Assembly (NCBI GenBank): GCA_003577105.1
Contig: QEUQ01000009.1
Location: 1,326-65,325, forward strand
DNA length: 64,000 nt
From: Acidobacteriota bacterium
GTDB lineage: Bacteria; Actinomycetota; Acidimicrobiia; ATN3
Direction: 5' to 3'
Shown here: one piece after another, positions 59,530-64,000 of the stretch
How positions within the stretch are numbered: position 1 is the first letter of the stretch
How the letters are laid out: the number at the start of each line of letters is the position of its first letter
The notes under the pieces: generated by a model
What the model saw: the letters and a program-made list of their open reading frames with translations, nothing else
The model's database searches: none
Told to the model about the DNA's origin: nothing
Translations under genes and position numbers: made by a program

Positions 59530-60717
59530 TCACGACTCTCTTGTGACCTTGCCTCGCGATGGGCGGCCGACGAACATATCGGGCGCACGCCTTGGCCGCG
59601 CATACAGCTTCTCCGGCATCGACGGCCCGGCAACAAGCTCGCTCCACTGAAAGAACAATCCAAACAACGGATGGTCTGCTTCCAGGAAAACTGCCGATCC
59701 GTCGCGGAACCCCAAGACGACGTGGCGCACATCCGGTTCAGCGGCAAAGGCAGGGGGCCCGACTCTGGGTGGTGGCAGTTCGTTGCGATCCGACACCTGC
59801 CCGGGTGTCGGTACCGCAGGAGGAGACGCGACTCTTTCCGCGCTCTGATCTACTTCCTGTTCGACCGATGTGCGAGCTATTGCAGCCGGTGGAGGTTGCT
59901 CGGTTTCGAGCGTGACCTCGGGTAGCGGAGTGACCGGACCGGTGTCGCGCTCGGGTGCGACTGATGGCAGTGGCGGGATCGGGCCGGTGTCGCGGGCAGC
60001 GACTACTGGTGGCGGTGGAGTGACCGGACCGGTGTCGCGCTCGGGTGCATCGAGATGTGCGGCGGCGTTTGCGAGCGGCGAATCCATGAGGGATCCGCGG
60101 GGCCCATCACCTGCCATGTGCACCTCGGGGCCCGGTGCCGAATCGTCATCGTCCGCCTCGCCGAAATCAAGGTCATCCAGGATTCCTGCTAGTGGCTGAG
60201 TTCTGTGCTCCAGGATCGAAGACGCGGCCGGCTGGGGAGCCACAGGAGCCCCGGGAGATGGAACGGTCCAGGTCTGCCTTTGCTCTTGGCTGCTGAATTC
60301 GTACGGATCGACCTGCGACCCAGGGAAGTCCTGCTGGACCTGCCCGTAAACCGCTGGCAGTGGAGGAGGCGGCGGCGGCGCAAAGTGGGCCGGGGGCGGA
60401 GCATAAGGCGATTCGGCGTGAGTGCCGACCTCATATCCACCGGCCATGGCTCGGTCAACAGACGCTTGTGTGGATGCAGGCAAATTCCACTCGGGGGTGG
60501 GTGGGACAACCGAACTTGGAGACGCGAGAGAGTATCCGCTCCCGTGTGGCTCATCAGATGTTCGGCTAAATAAATCCTCAAGCTGAGACGAGGGCTCTGC
60601 GGAGAGCGCTGGCCCATCGGGAGGCGGGAAATACCCGGGGGCAGTCGGCACGCCTTCGGCGGCCGTGGAGGGGTCTTCCTCACCTTGGGGCGGGAGGCTG
60701 AAATCCATCCCAGTCAC
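59530..60717 (-). CDS. Proline-rich, predicted disordered protein with tandem PERDTGPVTPLP repeats and a ~70-aa C-terminal globular domain. Last gene of the GTPase module upstream of pilB.
   Basis: 395-aa ORF dominated by P/A/S with low complexity. It carries three or more imperfect repeats (APERDTGPVTPPPP / ARDTGPIPPLPS / APERDTGPVTPLPE). The C-terminal segment is VRHVVLGFRDGSAVFLEADHPLFGLFFQWSEL. It starts 5 nt after the GTPase gene ends. Confidence 0.55.
   Translation of the reverse strand: MTGMDFSLPPQGEEDPSTAAEGVPTAPGYFPPPDGPALSAEPSSQLEDLFSRTSDEPHGSGYSLASPSSVVPPTPEWNLPASTQASVDRAMAGGYEVGTHAESPYAPPPAHFAPPPPPPLPAVYGQVQQDFPGSQVDPYEFSSQEQRQTWTVPSPGAPVAPQPAASSILEHRTQPLAGILDDLDFGEADDDDSAPGPEVHMAGDGPRGSLMDSPLANAAAHLDAPERDTGPVTPPPPVVAARDTGPIPPLPSVAPERDTGPVTPLPEVTLETEQPPPAAIARTSVEQEVDQSAERVASPPAVPTPGQVSDRNELPPPRVGPPAFAAEPDVRHVVLGFRDGSAVFLEADHPLFGLFFQWSELVAGPSMPEKLYARPRRAPDMFVGRPSRGKVTRES
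59905..60050. repeat. About three imperfect tandem DNA repeats of ~44 bp (GGAGTGACCGGACCGGTGTCGCGCTCGGGTGC-type) inside the Pro-rich gene
   Basis: Near-identical units at ~59925-59957 and ~60012-60046, with a degenerate copy between them. They encode the PERDTGPVTPLP protein repeats. Confidence 0.7.
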
Positions 60718-60722
60718 ACCCC

Positions 60723-61301
60723 CTATGTCGCCGCAGCCGCGGGGGCACTCTCATCGAGCATTGCCAATACCGCGTAGAGGAGAGCCAGAAGTACGTCCTT
60801 GGCGCTCTGGCGGCTGACAGCTTCACACGGAACCACAACCTCATCGCCCTTCAGGCCGAGGCTCTTACGGACAGCCTCTATGGCGCCCTCGTCACCGGTC
60901 GCCCGGTTTGCTGCAACCACAAAAGGGACCTCCGCTAGACCCTTGAAGTATTCGAGGATCTTTCTGGCCTCATCCAAAGACTCCTCGCGAGTCACGTCCA
61001 CCATGACGATGAAACCAAGCATGCCCCGCGCGAGGACATCCCACATGAAGTCGAACCTCTCCTGCCCCGGGGTACCAAACAGATATAGGACTATCTCATC
61101 GCCCTCAAGCTGAAATGTGATCTTTCCCCAGTCCATTGAGACCGTCGTCATGCCCTTAACAGCCCGGCTACCGTCTGAGACCGGCTGCTCTGACGAGAAG
61201 AGCTGTAGCTCCGAAAGAGCACTGATGAAGGTTGTCTTGCCAGCGGCGAATGGACCCGTGACGACAACCTTGACCGAGGTGCTATTCCCCGGCGCAGCCA
61301 C
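60723..61301 (-). CDS. Ras-like small GTPase of the MglA/CvnD family
   Basis: KVVVTGPFAAGKTTFI P-loop, TPGQERF switch II (DxxGQ-like), and a (V)DVT region. Length and architecture parallel MglA and the conservon CvnD. It starts 2 nt after the DUF4388 gene ends. Confidence 0.8.
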   Translation of the reverse strand: MAAPGNSTSVKVVVTGPFAAGKTTFISALSELQLFSSEQPVSDGSRAVKGMTTVSMDWGKITFQLEGDEIVLYLFGTPGQERFDFMWDVLARGMLGFIVMVDVTREESLDEARKILEYFKGLAEVPFVVAANRATGDEGAIEAVRKSLGLKGDEVVVPCEAVSRQSAKDVLLALLYAVLAMLDESAPAAAAT

Positions 61302-61303
61302 GC

Positions 61304-62686
61304 TCAGAGCTCCTTGACTCCGGAAATCAGGCGCTGAATCAAGGCCTTGTTCACGTCTCCGCTCTTGATGCTTGGCGGCCCGTGCGGCTCAGAGTCGACT
61401 GCCGCCACAGCGTTGCCCGCTGTTGACGCTCGCGCCCTTAGCGGTGGACCGTCCTGGTTGCGCGGACCGCTATCGCCGGATCCGCCTTCTCCTGAAACCC
61501 ACAACTGGCTGAACTCCTTTGCCAGTGCGGCAGTGTTCACGCGGCGGCCCCCTGTGGGGCTACCGCCTCGACCTTTTTTTGAACCACCACCGGAGGACTC
61601 GGCTGCCTCACCGCCATCAGGCGTATTGGAGAACCCGAGCAGGTCGTCGAGAAGGTCAGCGTCGTCGCTGACCTTGGAGACGGAGTCGGCCGAGAGACTC
61701 TCAAACGCGGAGCCCTCCCCCGAGTCGTCTTCGTCGAATGAAAGTGCCTCGGCAGCCTCAGCAAGAGACAGTCCGCCGAGTCCGAGATCGTCTTCTGCTG
61801 CCTCTTCTTCAGCCTCTTCCTCGAACTCCTCGACCTCTTCCTCGAACTCCTCGACCTCGGCCTCTTCCTCGAATTCCTCGACCTCGGCCTCTTCCTCAAA
61901 TTCCTCGACGGCTTCCTCGTCTGGTTCCTCGGACTCAAGTTCCGGTATTTCTTCGACTTCTTCTTCATACGCCGGAGCTCGTGTGCCGGAAGCCTCGCCA
62001 ACCTCAACAAGCCCTGCGCTCACGAGTCCGTGGAGTACCTGGCAAGTCTTGAACTCGCCTTCCCCAAGAGCCTCCGCAACGTCTGTGACCCTTCGGGTAC
62101 CGTCCACGGCCGAGATGATTCGCCAATCCTCTCGGCTCAATGTCACTTCCAAGTGATCCTCTGGGAGGCTGCGAACAAGGCTGAGACTGCAATCCACCGA
62201 CGGGATCGACTCCTTGATGATTTCCCACTCATCAAGGCGGCGGCGGGCCTCTGCAATCAACGGGTCAACTTGCAGCGGGAAGATCGAGCCGATCGTGTGA
62301 GTCTCCTCAGCCCTGAAGTCGAAGCGACCTTGCTCCCACCGGAACAAGTCAAAGATCGCCTCTTCGATCCTCTCTCTGATGAAGTCCTCAAACGCAGTTC
62401 TGTCGATATCTGAGTTCTTAAGGAGCGCCTCTCCCACTGACTCCTTTCGACCCGCCTTGGCCACGGCGGCCTTCCAAGCATCAGCTTCGACGATCCCCGA
62501 ACGAACCAGACTCTTACCTAAGTCGTCTCCCTTCTTGGCGGTCGCGTAGTAGATGTCGCCCTTCTGAAAAAAGACCGTCCCTGATCCGGTGCTGCCTCTT
62601 AGGTGAAGCGCACCCGTCTTGTCCCGCGAGAGGAGCTGGAACACGTCGGGAAGAGTGAAATCGTCAAGGCTTCCCTGTAGTGCCAT
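61304..62686 (-). CDS. DUF4388/PATAN-domain protein with a long acidic (EEFEEEAEV)n repeat linker and a Gly/Ser-rich C-terminus
   Basis: N-terminal GSLDDFTLPDVFQLLSRDKTGALHL matches the DUF4388 (PATAN) signature. The central section has more than ten acidic E/F/V heptad-like repeats. The C-terminus is low complexity. Confidence 0.7.
   Translation of the reverse strand: MALQGSLDDFTLPDVFQLLSRDKTGALHLRGSTGSGTVFFQKGDIYYATAKKGDDLGKSLVRSGIVEADAWKAAVAKAGRKESVGEALLKNSDIDRTAFEDFIRERIEEAIFDLFRWEQGRFDFRAEETHTIGSIFPLQVDPLIAEARRRLDEWEIIKESIPSVDCSLSLVRSLPEDHLEVTLSREDWRIISAVDGTRRVTDVAEALGEGEFKTCQVLHGLVSAGLVEVGEASGTRAPAYEEEVEEIPELESEEPDEEAVEEFEEEAEVEEFEEEAEVEEFEEEVEEFEEEAEEEAAEDDLGLGGLSLAEAAEALSFDEDDSGEGSAFESLSADSVSKVSDDADLLDDLLGFSNTPDGGEAAESSGGGSKKGRGGSPTGGRRVNTAALAKEFSQLWVSGEGGSGDSGPRNQDGPPLRARASTAGNAVAAVDSEPHGPPSIKSGDVNKALIQRLISGVKEL
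61814..61912. repeat. 27-bp tandem repeat (CTCTTCCTCGAAyTCCTCGACCTCGGC), about 3.8 copies, inside the DUF4388 gene; encodes the acidic EEFEEEAEV repeats
   Basis: Direct inspection: consecutive 27-nt units with 1-2 mismatches, plus one truncated 21-nt copy. Confidence 0.75.
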
Positions 62687-62700
62687 TACTGCCTACCTTC

Positions 62701-63162
62701 CTAACCGAGCGGATCTGCCGCTGTGCGCAGCTCTGGCATTTGCACAACCGTCGGCTGATCGAGAATCGATGCAATCTTTGAGGATGTGTGGCGCATCTCG
62801 TAGAGGATCAAACCGATCTTCCCGGAGGGCCTTGTAATCGCTGCAAGGACCGCGGTCTCCCCTGCCGCCATCAAGAAGACAAAACCGTATTCACCCTCAA
62901 CGAATATCTGCGCCAGGTCCCCGCGACCGAGCCCCTCGGCGGCCTTTTCCCCAAGGGAAAGCAAAGCCGCCGACATTGCTCCGAGCCGGTCCTCCTCGAT
63001 CTGAGGCGGCAAAGCCGAAGCCATCGGAAGCCCATCCATTGAGACAACAGCAGCGGCCTCGACTTCAGTACTTGCCTGTACGAACTCGTCAAGAGCCATC
63101 GCCAATTGCTCGGCCCTGCTCGACATCAAACCTCCCGTGATGCTCCGAATTCCGACTCGCAC
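62701..63162 (-). CDS. Roadblock/LC7 (MglB-like) domain protein
   Basis: VVSMDGLPMASA...RLGAMSAALLSLGEKAAEGLG...GFVFLMAAGETAVLAAI pattern of Roadblock/LC7 family proteins (MglB/CvnB-like). First gene of the four-gene module. Confidence 0.8.
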   Translation of the reverse strand: MRVGIRSITGGLMSSRAEQLAMALDEFVQASTEVEAAAVVSMDGLPMASALPPQIEEDRLGAMSAALLSLGEKAAEGLGRGDLAQIFVEGEYGFVFLMAAGETAVLAAITRPSGKIGLILYEMRHTSSKIASILDQPTVVQMPELRTAADPLG

Positions 63163-63288
63163 ACCTTCCGCCTAGCGCGGAAAAGCATTACCAGCTGCCT
63201 CACCCGCGGCGTGCTCCGGTAAGACTACTTCGGCAGCGCCTCTCCGCGCCTGAAGGAGCTAACGGGCATCTCCGCAGAACGCATCCAA

Positions 63289-64000
63289 CTATTCCGCGCG
63301 TCGCTCCGCCAGCGCAGCTGTAGCAGCAGCCTCCATAGTAGCCCGTGGCGGGCTATGGCCTGTCCAAATCTCAACCTGGATCGCAGCTTGGGCTATGAGC
63401 ATTCCCAATCCCGACTCCGCACTAATACCAGCCCTTCGGGCCGATTTCACAAGCGCCGTCTCCGTTGGCTGATATACGAGGTCATAAATGAATGACTGCC
63501 CGCCGAACCATCTACAGTCAACAAGTTCGTCGTCAGGGCCCAGCTGCGGGGTAGCACTAATGATCAGTTCGGCTTCGCCAGCCGCACTTCGAATGTCTTC
63601 AGCGCCGACTGGCGCAATCTCACCTATAGCAATGGAGCGCTCACTTGCGGCTTCCGTCAGGTCCCGTGCAATCGATGCCGCGGCTTCCGTTCGGCGCGCC
63701 ACGATTTCGACTGAACGAGCTCCGGATGTGGCAGCTCCCCACGCGGCAGCCCTAGCCGCTCCACCGGCACCGAGAATCAAGACTTTTCGCCCGGCGATGG
63801 GAATTCCGGCGGCCGCTTCGAGTCCCTCGATCAGTCCGGCGACATCGGTGTTGTCACCGACTAGCTCTCCGGAATCCCAGGAAATGGTATTGACCGCCCC
63901 GACAACCGTCGCCGTCTCCGTCAAGCGGTCAAGGTGAGCAATGACTTCAACTTTGTGCGGAATCGTCACTGAGAGTCCGGCAATTCCCAGAGCCCGCATC
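63289..64000 (-). CDS. aroE: Shikimate dehydrogenase, C-terminal ~236 aa; the N-terminus lies beyond the window end
   Basis: SVTIPHK substrate motif and a GAGGAARA NADP-binding glycine-rich motif. The ORF is open to the window edge. Confidence 0.85.
   Translation of the reverse strand, partial: MRALGIAGLSVTIPHKVEVIAHLDRLTETATVVGAVNTISWDSGELVGDNTDVAGLIEGLEAAAGIPIAGRKVLILGAGGAARAAAWGAATSGARSVEIVARRTEAAASIARDLTEAASERSIAIGEIAPVGAEDIRSAAGEAELIISATPQLGPDDELVDCRWFGGQSFIYDLVYQPTETALVKSARRAGISAESGLGMLIAQAAIQVEIWTGHSPPRATMEAAATAALAERRAE

Noticed and set aside
1-64000. Numerous antisense and overlapping ORFs of 60-270 aa in the six-frame track (for example 22816-23595 +, 10566-11153 +, 61347-62156 +, 53118-53741 +)
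   Set aside because: They lie opposite well-supported conserved genes, have low-complexity Arg/Pro/Ser-rich translations typical of GC-rich antisense frames, and have no recognisable domains.
1-64000. tRNA, rRNA, CRISPR arrays, IS elements or integrases
   Set aside because: No intergenic region contains a tRNA-like T-loop or acceptor arrangement. The only tandem repeats are in-frame coding repeats (59905-60050, 61814-61912). No transposase, integrase or att-like direct repeats were seen. The excisionase-family HTH at 52587-52781 has no mobile-element context.

Overview
High-GC actinobacterial chromosomal segment with Mycobacterium/Corynebacterium-like synteny. It is almost entirely transcribed on the minus strand, with frequent 1-10 nt overlaps that couple start and stop codons.

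Core housekeeping content, in window order:
- 3' end of a PASTA-domain penicillin-binding protein, and a 3-methyladenine glycosylase.
- A complete argCJBDFRGH arginine operon with tandem ARG boxes.
- pheST preceded by a TrmH/SpoU methyltransferase fused to a histidine kinase.
- rplT-rpmI-infC, then a cold-shock gene overlapping hisG.
- A divergent membrane GGDEF diguanylate cyclase.
- The ribD-ribE-ribBA-ribH riboflavin operon, preceded by an orphan CheY-like receiver and rpe.
- fmt-def-priA-metK-coaBC-rpoZ-gmk-mihF.
- The pyrimidine operon pyrR-pyrB-pyrC-carA-carB-pyrD with a PyrR-type attenuator leader.
- The aroC-aroK-aroB-aroQ-pepQ-efp-nusB operon, ending in an alkaline-phosphatase-superfamily phosphodiesterase.

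The accessory part is at about 49-63 kb. It is a complete type IV pilus locus with no secretin gene in the window. Gene order on the minus strand is pilB, pilT, pilC, pilin, pilD, excisionase/BldC-like HTH, pilM, pilN, pilO, then a Pro/Thr-rich membrane protein. Immediately upstream of pilB, and co-oriented with it, is a four-gene MglA/MglB-like small-GTPase module: Roadblock/LC7, a DUF4388/PATAN protein with an acidic repeat, a Ras-like GTPase, and a Pro-rich tandem-repeat protein. I consider this GTPase module plus pilus locus the most likely undescribed system.

Other notable points:
- The SpoU-histidine-kinase fusion.
- PilT carrying an N-terminal MshEN-like domain.
- Operator-like palindromes near the pilin gene.
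- gmk lacking a canonical start codon upstream of its P-loop.

No tRNA/rRNA genes, CRISPR arrays or mobile elements were recognised. The many antisense and overlapping ORFs in the six-frame track are high-GC artefacts.
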